From Harriotta raleighana (Eukaryota), in NCBI GenBank assembly GCA_050575255.1, contig JBNZDD010013688.1, forward strand, positions 2,964,741 to 3,028,740: a stretch of DNA of 64,000 bases, read 5' to 3'. Below the pieces are notes generated by a model. It worked only from the letters and a program-made list of their open reading frames with translations. It was not told where the DNA came from and did not search any database. Position numbers and translations under genes: made by a program. This document shows positions 11,801-24,000 of the stretch, piece after piece. Every line of letters starts with the position of its first letter. Within the stretch, counting starts at the first letter, position 1.

Positions 11801-14800
11801 GATAATCCCCCAAGAAGAGAGAAACAAAGATAAATTGGCCACTTCAATCCACGACTGTTTGTGGGACACTGCTGTGTGCAATCGGCTATCGCGTTTCGCC
11901 CAGCATAAGCGCCACATCGAATGTGAAGATTATTACTGTTAATATTATAGCTATTGTTATGGGGAAAATTGCAAAGAGAGCCTTCCTGTAAGACTGATTT
12001 GTGTGACTGATTGAGATACTTATTGATGAGCAGCAATGACCTAATCAGAATAATAATAAAAATCATAGTAACATTTGCTATTGACTTTACCACGGCGTTG
12101 AGATGTCTCGCAAGATGTTCGCCAAATGTACTGTATTGTGAGGTCCTCGTGTTGAATCGCTGCTTTTGATCTGCCCAGAAAGTGGAGCGTGACCAGACGT
12201 GCATAGGAAATTGTACAATGGCCAGTTCTTGCTAAGCTTTCAGCCCTGGAAGAAAGGAGCGAGTGACTGATGAAATTAAGCTGCCTGGTTATCTGTTCCG
12301 CGTTTATTTTGCTACTCAGAGTGCGGCAAGTGTGCCATCGGAACCGAACCAGTGCTGGGATTCGAATACAAGTGGTGGAATAGTTTGCCAAAAAACATGA
12401 ACACTGCGTGTTTCAATGGGATCGATGAAGATTGCCAAGAAATTAAAGGTGTGTGCGATGAGATTGGTTATGTTCTGATCGATCAACTTTCCCCTACTCA
12501 CCCACTTGAGCTCTTCTCCAATGCCCTCCCCACCCCTCCCCTCCCCCCCTCAAGCACAGGGACATAGGAACAGGAATAGGCGATGCAGCCCCTCGAGTCT
12601 GTTCTAGCATTTCATTAGATCATGACTGATCGGTACCTCCACTAATCCTCCCAACTGGAGTCCTGTAGCTCAGTGGTTAGAGCATTCGCCTTGCATGCAT
12701 GAGAACTGTGTTCGAATCCAGGCAGGTCAGGGCAAGTTTTCTTACTCCGCATGACTAACAATAATCCCTCCAAAATAAAACGTAACAATAAATTGTCATT
12801 TTTCAATCCACGACTGTTTGTAGGACACTGCTTGCACAATTGGCTGCCGCGTTTCACCCACAAATATAGAGTATATTCTGTGAATTGACTGTATATTTGT
12901 GTGTGAAACATATCCCTTAACATACCAAAAATAGTTTGTTGTGCTATAATAAATCCAGGTTGTTATTGCTGCTGCTTGAGACGTACGTCCCAGCGTGAAA
13001 GGCTCCGCATCAACAAGCGCAGGGTTTTCTATTGAAACGCTTCATTTCAGGGTGGGAGGTGGCCGGAGACCACGTACAGAGTGCGGTGGGGAGAAACGAT
13101 AACGACTTCTTGATGCTGATATTGACCGTTCCTGGGTTCAGGTAAGAAAATACGACTCAGACCACAGTAAAGCACCAGCCCACTGAGCGCTGTAGCCCTG
13201 TTATCCCACCAGGCTGCGCCCTTGAGCAACGCTGAAGGACAATCAGTCAAGTGAACATTTCCAACTAGACATGACTTGTTTAAGAATATTAAACCCTTGC
13301 CCTTCCGAGCACACGCCTATGTGAATTTCAGTTCAGTTCATTGAACAGCTCAGCACAGCTGCCCTGAGAAACCCTGAAGTTAACAAGTGTTTCTGATCAA
13401 TGAATCAGCTTCTTGGTTTCAGTTGCAGCACCTTTTCACGAAACCTTTTTTTTCCCCCTCGACTCTCAGACATCAGCAAAGTCTGTTTCATTTCGAGCAA
13501 AAAAAAAACATGGATTCGGAAACAATAGGGCGTTGTGCGAAAATATTTCACTTACTTTCGATGTCATTTTGTAAAAACGTACAGATTTCTCTCTCTTTTT
13601 CTTACACGCGCAGTTGTAGAATCCTGTAGCTCAGTGGTTAGAGCGCTCGCCTTGCAAAGCGAATGATCTGGGGCTCAATTCCCGGCTGGGCAAAACTGTC
13701 TAATAATAATCCCTCGAAATAAAACAATAATAATTTGTTCATTTCAATCCACGACTGTTTGTGGGACGCTGCTGTGCGCAATCGGCTGCCGCGTTTCGCC
13801 CACAAATATACAGTCAATTCACTTTCCAGCATATTCTGTGACGCGCTTTGAGACGTCTAGAAGACGTGAAAAGCGCTATATGAAATGCAAGGATTATTAA
13901 TTTATTCTAAAAGTATATTCACGAGCACTCGAGTTGGGTGAGCATCGAGGTGGGGGACGCTGGGAAGAAACGATCAGGTGTTAAATAAGTGCAAGTTGCT
14001 ATTGTTCTCTTCCTGTTTTCCTGCGTCGCGGGTATTCGTGCGAAATTCCATTCATCTCCTCCTGTGATCCATGGCCTCGGGCAGGGCTCCGGACTGGGCG
14101 GCAAATGACACGGAGAAAGCAGAGATCGCTCGCATCACCTTCGTCTTTGAGACCATGTGCTCAGCGGACTGCGAGCTGTATTTCATGGTGGTGAGTGATT
14201 TATTTCCGCGCCTCACTCCGATTTCGGAACGCGCGGGAAAGTTGTCGGAGGGGACGAACGTTGGGAGATGGAGGCGGGGTGGGGAGGTTGAGGTCGGGAG
14301 GGGTTTATTTATTTTATTTATTTATTTATTTATATATTATATTTATATAGCGCCTTTCACGTCAGGAGGACGTCCCAAGGCGCTGTACAGTCAAGTGGGG
14401 GGAGGGGTCGGGGGAAGAAAAGCAGGAAAATACTGACTGTATATTTGTGGGCGAAACGCGGCAGCCAAATTGCGCACAGCAGTGTCCCACAAACAGTCAT
14501 GGAAGGGAGAGGGCCAGGGATGAAAGGGGGAAAGAGGGCAGGGTGAGGACTTGAAGTCATTCAGGACGCGTGATTCAATAATAAAGTGTTGTTCCACCAC
14601 TTCCAACTCTGTGCAATGGAGAGGATCGTTTGAGATCCAACATATACAGTCGATTCACTTTACAGGACATTCTGTGCATCGCTTTGAGACGTAGCGAAGA
14701 CGCGACAAGGCGCTAAATCAAAAGCAAGGATTATTTATTAGGATTATATACTGCTGATGTGATCTCGTAACTCACAAGTGAGTTGCGTTGATCGTTCGCC

Positions 14801-15007
14801 CCATCCCATCAGCGCAGTTTAAATCATGCTCCACAAAAACACTCCTACAGTGTCCCTTTGTAGAGTTTTAATCGCGTTTCAATTGCTTCGATTGAACGTA
14901 ACAGGCGAGGAATGTTTTTGGGCAGAGAAGGCAGTGTGTGCAATGGAAAGTGGCCAGAATTCTCAGTGTGAGTTCAAGCTATTCATTCTCTATCAATACA
15001 GCATAGA

Positions 15008-15038
<31 letters not shown>

Positions 15039-18000
15039 GAGAAAGAGCACAAATTGAGCTGGAAGGAAAGAATACAGGAGAGACGATGGGAGAGAAGGCT
15101 GAGATCTTGGTGGATGTGAGAGGTTGTGGTAGAATTCCGGAGTTGTGTTGTNATCTTGGTGGATGTGAGAGGTTGTGGAAGAATTCCGGAGTTGTGTTGT
15201 GTTCTGTGGCACTAAAGGTTAAAGATGCCTCTCTCTCTCTCTCTCTCTCTCGAGCTTTATTTGGGAGCTGCCAGGGGTTTACAGATGTAATTCCAGCGTG
15301 TTTTTATAACGCTGTTTCACTGACGACAAAACGCCATCAGCCGGTAATTTAGATTGGTGTCATTACTCTGGAGAAGCGGTCAACAAAAGGATGTATTTGA
15401 AGGTTAATGCGATGTACGGTACAGTTCATTTAGGGTCTTTCACATCCGGAGGGTGTTTCAAAGCACTTTGGGCAGTTGGTTGAGCAACCAAAGATGGGGT
15501 GGGGTTGGGAGGAAGTACAGGGAAGGTGATCGAAAGGGAACCACTTATTCCGAACAGCATTTCTTTGTTACAAATAATAATAATAATTAATTAATAATGC
15601 CTGCATTTGATATAGCTCTTTATCATGGCATTGAACAGTCTCAATGTGTTTCACAGGGATATACTGTAAAGTAGGTTGACTGTGTATTTTCCAAGTCCTT
15701 ACATGAGGCTTGAATCCACGACCTTCTGACTCAAAGAAGAGAGAGCTGCACGAGGCTGACTTTATGTGACCCAGCAATCGACTAACAGCCATGACCCTAC
15801 TTACTGATAGGTGAACAGAAGCCCTTGGAGTAAATTAACTCGCCTAAGGTTCTGTCCCAGCACAATATTACAAATAAAGTAATAAAACGATACAAAATGA
15901 TCCAAATGACTTTCTTTTAAGAAAGATGTTTAAAAATCACTGTTTCAGGGCTTGAGCAGAGCGACTACAAGAACTGTGGAGATCTGGTCCGGCAGCCAAG
16001 GGAAGCAATCCTACACATACGTCGTTGAGAATCACTCGTCCCTGGCTTTTGTGTGGGCATTTCAGCGCACAACTTCCTTGGATCAGGTAGGGTCTTTCAC
16101 GGTACCCCTTTCTCCTTCCTTCTCGTCTTCGAGACGTGTGAAAACGCTTCACGGCGGCTTCCAACAACAGCAACAAAATGATCTTTGCACAGGGCCTTTC
16201 ATGTTGGGAGGACATCCCAAGGGCCCTGGGCTAGTTGAGTGTTTCAGAGCCAAGCTGGGATCGGGGAGGGTGGAGGGAACGGAGGGGGGGTGACCGATGG
16301 CACCGTCAAAGTGGAAGGTCTTGAGGTGAGACTTGAATGAGGCCAGGGAGGGAACGAGGCGGAGGGATTGCGGGATGGAACTCCAACGGTTGGGGACGGA
16401 GTGGCTGAAGGCTCGCCCTCCAATGATTGCGCTGTAAAGTGAATTGACTGTGTATTTTGTGGAAGTACGCAAGGGTCGATTTTCGGGTCTGGAAAAACTA
16501 CTTCAGATGATCTGTCATTCATTGATTACAAGGATTTCCAAAGAACGCACAGCGAGCGCACCAGCCACTCCACCCAAATAGTCCGCGTGTGTGTTTATAC
16601 TCTACACAAGTCTTAACCCATTCCTCCGATATCCTTCTGTTCACCTTGCCCTCGTGCAAAAGTCTAGCTTGAATGCATCTGCGTATCTATCTGATTCAAT
16701 CACCTCTTTAGGCCGTGGTTCCACATTCTCACCACCCTCTGGGTGAAGTGGTCTCTAAATTGACTTCTGGATCTACTGGTCGCTATCTTACACTTGGTGT
16801 CCCCTGGCTACGGATTCCCCCCCACCTCCCACAACCACCCACCACCCCCAGACTTTGTGATTGTGCCTTCTGCTGCCCTCCCAACTCTCTCCCTCCACTC
16901 CCAACTATCTCCCTCCCCTCCCAACTCTCTCCCTCCCCTCCTAACTCTCTCTTGCCCCTCGCCCCTACGCCTCTCCCTTGATCGGGTCCCGACCTGACTG
17001 TTCAGCGCCTTGGCNCATCCTCCCGACGTGAAAGGCGCTCTATAAATGTAATTTTGTTGTTGTTTGTTGTTTTTGTACTATAATAAAACGTGTATACATG
17101 TGTATAGTTAGGTTCTAGCGTTTATTTCAGAGCCAAAGTTACTCGACGGACGTTGCCCGAATCTACTCCATCAGCGTGACCAATGTGAGGGATGGCGTCT
17201 CCTCATACTGTCGGCCATGCGCCCTGGGGGACACAGCCTCGGGGTCGGCCTGTGTGGCCTGCCCGCTCGGACATTATATCGACAAGGCCTCCAGCAGGTG
17301 CCGGGAGTGTCCACCGAACACCTTCCTCAAAGCTCATCACTACTACGGAAGGGAATCCTGCATCCCATGTGGTCCCGGCACCCAAAGCAACGCGGTAATG
17401 CTTGTTCTCCGGAACTCTCTCTCCCTCCACCTCGCCCCCTTCCATCCCCATCTTAAGGTCGTGCCCAAAGACCTTCCTCTTCGACCGTGCCTCCTACGGT
17501 CACCTCCCCCTCCCCCATGGCTTGCTGTGGTGCTCCGCCACTGCCAAGCGCTCTGGGGGCGCTGTCCCGCGTGAGAGCGCTGCCTAACCGCACGTTGCTG
17601 TTTGTTTGGTTTTAAGCAGGGGTTGATGTGGGGGCGGGAGGATAGGTGGGGAGAAGGAGAGTTAACAGTGGCAAATATTTCTTGTTCATCTTTCCCCCTC
17701 ACCCCCACCCTCACGAAACCCACAGATTAATCCCATTGGTGTCAGTGTCTGGCACCGATCGTAGTGGCTTCATATGTTTAATTTAATTTAAACGTCGCAC
17801 CTCAGAGTGCCCCCACTATAACGCGAGGAACTTGGAGAAATTTAAGCCCTTCGAGACATCGATAAGATGTGAAAAGCGCCATATCAAATGCAAGGATTAT
17901 TATTACATCATTATTATATGTGAACGAAAGTCGCTCTGCCAAATGTGGGGGCTATTATTAATGTGTAATAAATAACATTAATAATCCTTGCATTTGGTAT

Positions 18001-21000
18001 AGCGCCTTATCACATCGTTGAGACATCTCAAAGCGCTTCACAGGATAGGGTGTAAAGGGCGTGGAATAGTATATTCTGCGGGCGAAATCTCACAATGTGT
18101 TCCCATTGCTTTCTGCAGAACCACACTCTTTGCTACAATGACTGCAGATTTTCTCAACGCCAAGGCACTAAGACCTTACAGTACGATTTCAGCCTTCTGA
18201 GCAACGCTTCGTCTGCGATCACAAGTGCCCCCCGGTTCACCTCGAAAGGAGTGAAATACTTCCACTACTTCAACATTGGCCTTTGCGGATCCCAGGTAAG
18301 CTCAGCGGAAAGCACCGAACGCCGAAGGGCCTCGAGTTAATGCTTTTCTGCCACAAGTCAATTCTTCGTCTCTTGCGCNCTCCCACAGAGCCCGAGAGGC
18401 TCCCCTCTCCCACGCCTGCACCCGGCCCCCGAGTGGCTTCCCCCCCCCCCCCCCCCGGCCCCCCCCCCCCCCCCCACCCCCAACAAAGGGAAAGAAGATG
18501 GCGACGTGTGTGGACAATGTGACAGTGGAAGGGTTCATGAGGGAAGACGAAGGCTTCACCCTATCTGTCTCATCTTACATCTGCCAGTCCATCCTGGTAC
18601 CCACAGACGTGAGGGGATTCAGAACCATCACGTCATCTCATCCCATTAACTTGGCAGATCGGCTGCTGGGTAAGACTTCCAGAAACGGCTGATTGCTTCG
18701 CAGTTGTTGCAAGTCCTGTAGCTCAGTGGTTAGAGCCCCTCGCCTTACATGCGTGAGATCTGTGATTCGAATCCAGGCAGGTCAGGGTGAAACCTTGGGC
18801 AAGTTTCCTTACTCCACGCACATGCTTAATCATTTAATAAGAAACCCTCAAAAAAAAACGCAATGATAAAATTGGTCATTTGAATCCACGACTGTTTGTG
18901 GGACGCTGCTGTGCGCAATTGGCTGTCGCGTTTCGCCCACAAATATACAGTCAATTCACCTTACAGTATATTGTGAAGTGCTTTGAGATGTCTAGAAGAC
19001 GTGAAAATTGCTAAATCAAATTGCTAAATCTAAATCATTATGTTATTATGGTCTCGTTCACTGAGAAAAGTGTGGCCAAACGAAGGGGCAAGGGAACACT
19101 GTAAGATTTAGCGTCTCTTGTGTTTGGTTTCATTTGCAGGAGTTACGAGCGAAACGACTCTGGAAAATCTCACTGCTGCTAGCGATCTGTTTCCTGTTAG
19201 TAAAGGCAGCAGAACATTGCCCGACATCATATATTTTTACAGGTAACAAAAAAAAAGAAAATGCTTGATCATTTATTCAGTGATGGTCTTGTTCAAAGAA
19301 TAATGTTTCCACAGGAGTGATGCGTCGTCTAACGATTAATAATTAATGTTGCTGTATTTTAAAAAAAATGCATACACATACACACACCATATACTGTAAT
19401 ACTTTGAGTCAAGGTGACAGCACCAATCCTGGTTTAAAATGGTATCCGTGGAAGTGTCTGTAAATTAGATTGAAACAGTAAACTAAAAAGAGGGAGAATT
19501 GACACTGTATTAAATCAAGTGAGATTTTGGAATGGGCTCCTGCAGTACGTATGCAGTGAATGCTGTTTAACTGGTGTTCAACTTGAACCTTCGGCGTTTT
19601 ATTATGGTCCTCGCACAGTAGTACAGTCTCATGGGTAATGTTAGTGGAGTCGTATAGGGTAGTGTAGTGGTTAGCGAGCTCGCCTCACAAGCGAGAGGAC
19701 CTGGGTTCGATTCCTGGGCGGGACAGGGCCGAACAAACCTCAGGCAAGTTTCCTAACTCCACACGCCTCTGGTTACCCAAGCAGTAACTAGAAACCCAGA
19801 TGTTAATCGATCGTCTGATTGCTTTCTGGGGGTAATAATCCCTGCGAGAGGGAGAGGAGAGAGAGAAAAAAAAACATTCAATCACCCCCCGGGCGTCCTT
19901 GCAAATCCTTCAGTCGCCTCGTCTCCTGTGCTGGCTCCGGTAACGAAGGCAGCTTTGACCTCCCCACGCATTGAGATATGGCGACGAGTCAAACGCAAGG
20001 CACTACGTTAAATGTTAAAAGACTTATTTTGGTCACCCGTACATCACAGACTGGGTCACGGGTTTGTCTGTGTGTCACGCCAGGTCCGGTGAGTCGACGC
20101 AAACCTGCAAAAGTGGCAGAACTTCCACGATAAGATTGAGGTGCAACCCTGCGTACAGTGGATCGGGAATCGTTTCAGTGCCAAGGTCAAGCTCACCGTT
20201 ATTCGCATCGCAATCATTTCAAGGGCTAGGGCAGTAAAATGATCGGGGGGGGCGGGCAGGGAAGATGGGGGGAGGGAAGATTTCCCATTTACCTCGTGAG
20301 TAATCGTAGCAACCGGGACTCATGCTTCATGTCACTGTGACTCAGGGCTCGTAGCCTGGACGGGTGGCTGACAGTTGACACAAAGCCTTGCGCTCGGCCC
20401 CCCACCCCCCCCCACTCCCAGTGCGAAAAAAAAAAAAGTTGTTTGTCTTTGCGTCACTTTTATAGATTTAATAACGGGGATGAGGGATGAGCATTAAACA
20501 GGGGGAGCTGAGAAAGAAGGATTTAAGGTTTTTTTTTCTTTTTATTGCCTAAAATAATCCATTGCTTTCCTGACTTTACGACATTCACATGACCCGAGTC
20601 AATTGTTTTGCCCACCCCACCTTTTGTTTTATTATTTATGGATAATAATAATCGTGAGATGTTACTGGGCTGTTTGTTCAGCAATGAAGATCTGGAGGTG
20701 AAGGAAGAGGCATTGTTTCCTCACACTCGTGTTCAAAACCCACTCACACCCTGGCACTTCCCAACCTCTCCCATCTCCATAGAAATCTTCACCTCTGCAC
20801 AGTAGGACAACAGATCATTTTCTCCTTGGACACAATCCAGGTTGTTAATCCCCAACGATTTTAGGTTTCACTAATTTCCCAAACCCCCCTCCAAGGGTAA
20901 TAATCCCTTAACAAAAAATACTAATATTAATTCAGTCACTCAACCCATGACTGTTTGTGGGACGCTGCCGGGCGCAAATGGCTGCCACATTTCGCCCACA

Positions 21001-24000
21001 AAATATACAGTTAACTCGCTTTACGGTAATTTCTGTAAAGTGCTTTGGGACGTTTCGAAGACATGATAAGGCTTTGTATCAAATGCAAGGATTATCATCA
21101 TTATTATTATCATTATTATTATTATAGTGCAATCAACGACTTCTCCAGAGGTTTTAGTTTCACAGCCGGCCGGTGGGGGTTTAATCTTCTTGTGACTGGA
21201 GCTTGTGTAGCGCGTCTCACTGTAATTTCTGAATGTTTTTTGGGGGATTTGCACTCTTCGTGCTTCCCAATGTACAGGGATTGCCAAGAGGGGACCTGTG
21301 ACGGATGCACCTTCCACTTCCTGTGGGAAACAGCCGAGGCCTGTCCGCTCTGCTCATCGACTGATTACCACAAGATAGTCGGGGCGTGTGTGAGTGGAAT
21401 TCAGGTAGAAACGAAGCAATAAGAATTTGGTCACTCGATCCACGGCCGTTTGCGGGCTGGTCACTGCTGTGACCTCACCGCCTCAGAGCGCTTCGCACGG
21501 TGAAACGCAGTGACCGGGCCTTTTTTGCTCATCCTAAAACGTACACTTCTGCTCTCACAGAAAACCACCTTCGTCTGGTGGGAACCGAAAGTGTGTAAAA
21601 GGGGTGTCGGGTTGCCAGAACAGGTGGTGGAAAAGTGCAAGACGGTGGATTTCTTCCTGAAGATTGGAATCATCACGGGCACCATCACCGCCTGCTTACT
21701 GGTGGCGACAACCTGCTACTTCTACAAGAAGAACCAGAAGTGAGTACTTGGAAACACTGTCGTGCAGCCAACTCACAGAGAGATGAATGGAATCAGGGGT
21801 TTGGATTGGACGAGGATGGCGCTTTGGATACCAGATGGATCGCAAGCCTGCACACGTCATCCGCGGTAGTGAGTGGTACGGACGTTCAAACGATCCCTTG
21901 TGCAGGAAGGAGCCTGTCCACTGACTGTGTCTGCAATGTCTGCTCGGCCGCCCTAAGCAAAGTACAGACTTCCAAAGTACTTTTTAGAGGGGCTGTAAAG
22001 ATGACGAGAGTTTTACCAGTCGCTCACTCGTTTCAAATATTTGCCTCCGATTTTATGGGAAGGTTTTACCCGCGGCGGCGATTCCTGTTTAAAGTCACAA
22101 CTTGAGGCCCTTATAAGCGCGTTGTGCCCCGGTGTCGATGTTTGAAGGCTGTGCAAAACCTGGCTCTTGTGTGCAGCTCATGTTTACACTTGGATTGTGT
22201 TTAGGTTAGAGTACAAATACTGCAAACTGGTGATGAACTCCAACGTCAAGGACGGTGAGCTGCCGGCAGTGGATAGCTGTGCTATAATGGAAGGCGAGGA
22301 CATGGAAGATGATCTTATTTTTATGAGTAAGAAATCGCTGTTCGGAAAGATCAAGTCATTTACCACTAAGGTACGTTCTCTGATGAGTGTGACAGGTAAC
22401 AGTGCAGCTCTGGTGAGATCACAGATCACAGGTTTACCAATCTAGGCGATGAAGTGCTGAACGGAATAATAATTTAGCAATCATTTCGGCATCTTTCTTT
22501 CCTTTGCCCCTTTTGTTGACTGTTTTGTTGGTGCACGGACTGAAGGATTCCTATGTTTAGACTTGAGAGCCAGCCAAGTATGGATGTGCGGTCACTGAAA
22601 TAGCAGACTGTACATGACACGTTTACAGTGAGGTTTCCCATTAGAAACGCCCAATGAAAAGATTGCTATCTTGTCAATCAGCGTGTGATAATTCCCAGCA
22701 AGACCAATGTTATGTGTGACGCGGCGAATGGGCACATAATTCGCGTGATGATAAAACCTGCAGTGTCCCGTTTTATCCCGTTTTCCCCTCCACAGACTGC
22801 GGAAAGAAATTCACTGTCCGTGTAACTGAGGGGGCAACTTTCAGTGGGGCAGGTGCGATAAATATTCACAAGGGCGTTTTTGAGGGAGAAATTCCACTTG
22901 GGTCTAAAATGATTCTATTTCCGGAAACAGTTCGGAGTGTCCGGAGTTCGTCAAATTCTTTTAACAAGTCCCTTAACGTCTAAGGTGCACTTTGCCATAA
23001 ATTGCTGTGAAGACACGTAGACAAGTGATCCGCCATACAATCCCCTGACTTGTTTCCAACCCCCAGCTCGGGTTCAAAACCCTTTACTGTCCAGCGCTGT
23101 GGGGACATCCTTCCGGCGTGACAGGCGTTGTACAAATGTGATTTGTGGTTGTTGTTGTTTTTATTTTTATTGAAGCACTTTTTTTATTTATTTTTTAGCC
23201 CGCATACGCACATGATCCCGATATAGAAGAATGTTTTGCACTGGGAAACACAATTTTAGACTGAGGGCCCAGTGTCTTCCACTTAGATAGAAATGGTGAG
23301 CAATAGATTAGGAGAGAAACTAAGCTGTGGCGATGACGACAACAGAAAAAAGATCGAGCTGACAAGTGAACTGCGATTGAATACACTTGGCAATGTCAAC
23401 CTGGGGGTCAATTTTCCTGAGGTTCCCTCAGTAATTGTCATGGCATATTTAGGTTGGTTTGTGGGTGGGTGCACATCGAAATAGGTTTGAATAACGTCCC
23501 CCTGTTGATAAACACGCACTGTGCTTATGCTGACTGTTTCAAGGTTGCTTTTCCTCAGCGCAAAGCGTGTGTACAGCAGAGCTGAGCTGAGCTGACCACA
23601 CACATGCATGCACGCGATGCGGTTACTTCCCACAGACAACTGGGGACCAAAGATTTATGAGAGCCTCTGTGTTTTGTTTATTATTCCAATAACTACATAT
23701 CTGATGGGTACCAGTGATTCCTATTGAAGTGAACTCCCACTGCTAAGCGAAGCATACCTCTGCACTTTCACCATCTCGTTTCGTTTTCATCAAGAGGGAT
23801 GGATTTTTTCCATTCTGTCAGTGCAGTCAGAAAGCAATCGTTTTAAGTAGCTTTATGTCTAGCGTCTGTAAGATTATTATTAATAATAATAATCCTTGCA
23901 TTTGACTTGCTGCCTTATCGCATTGACATAGTTTCTCAAAGGACCTCGCAGGATGTGACTGTACGGTGTTGTGACTGTGTTTCACACATCGAGGTCTAAA

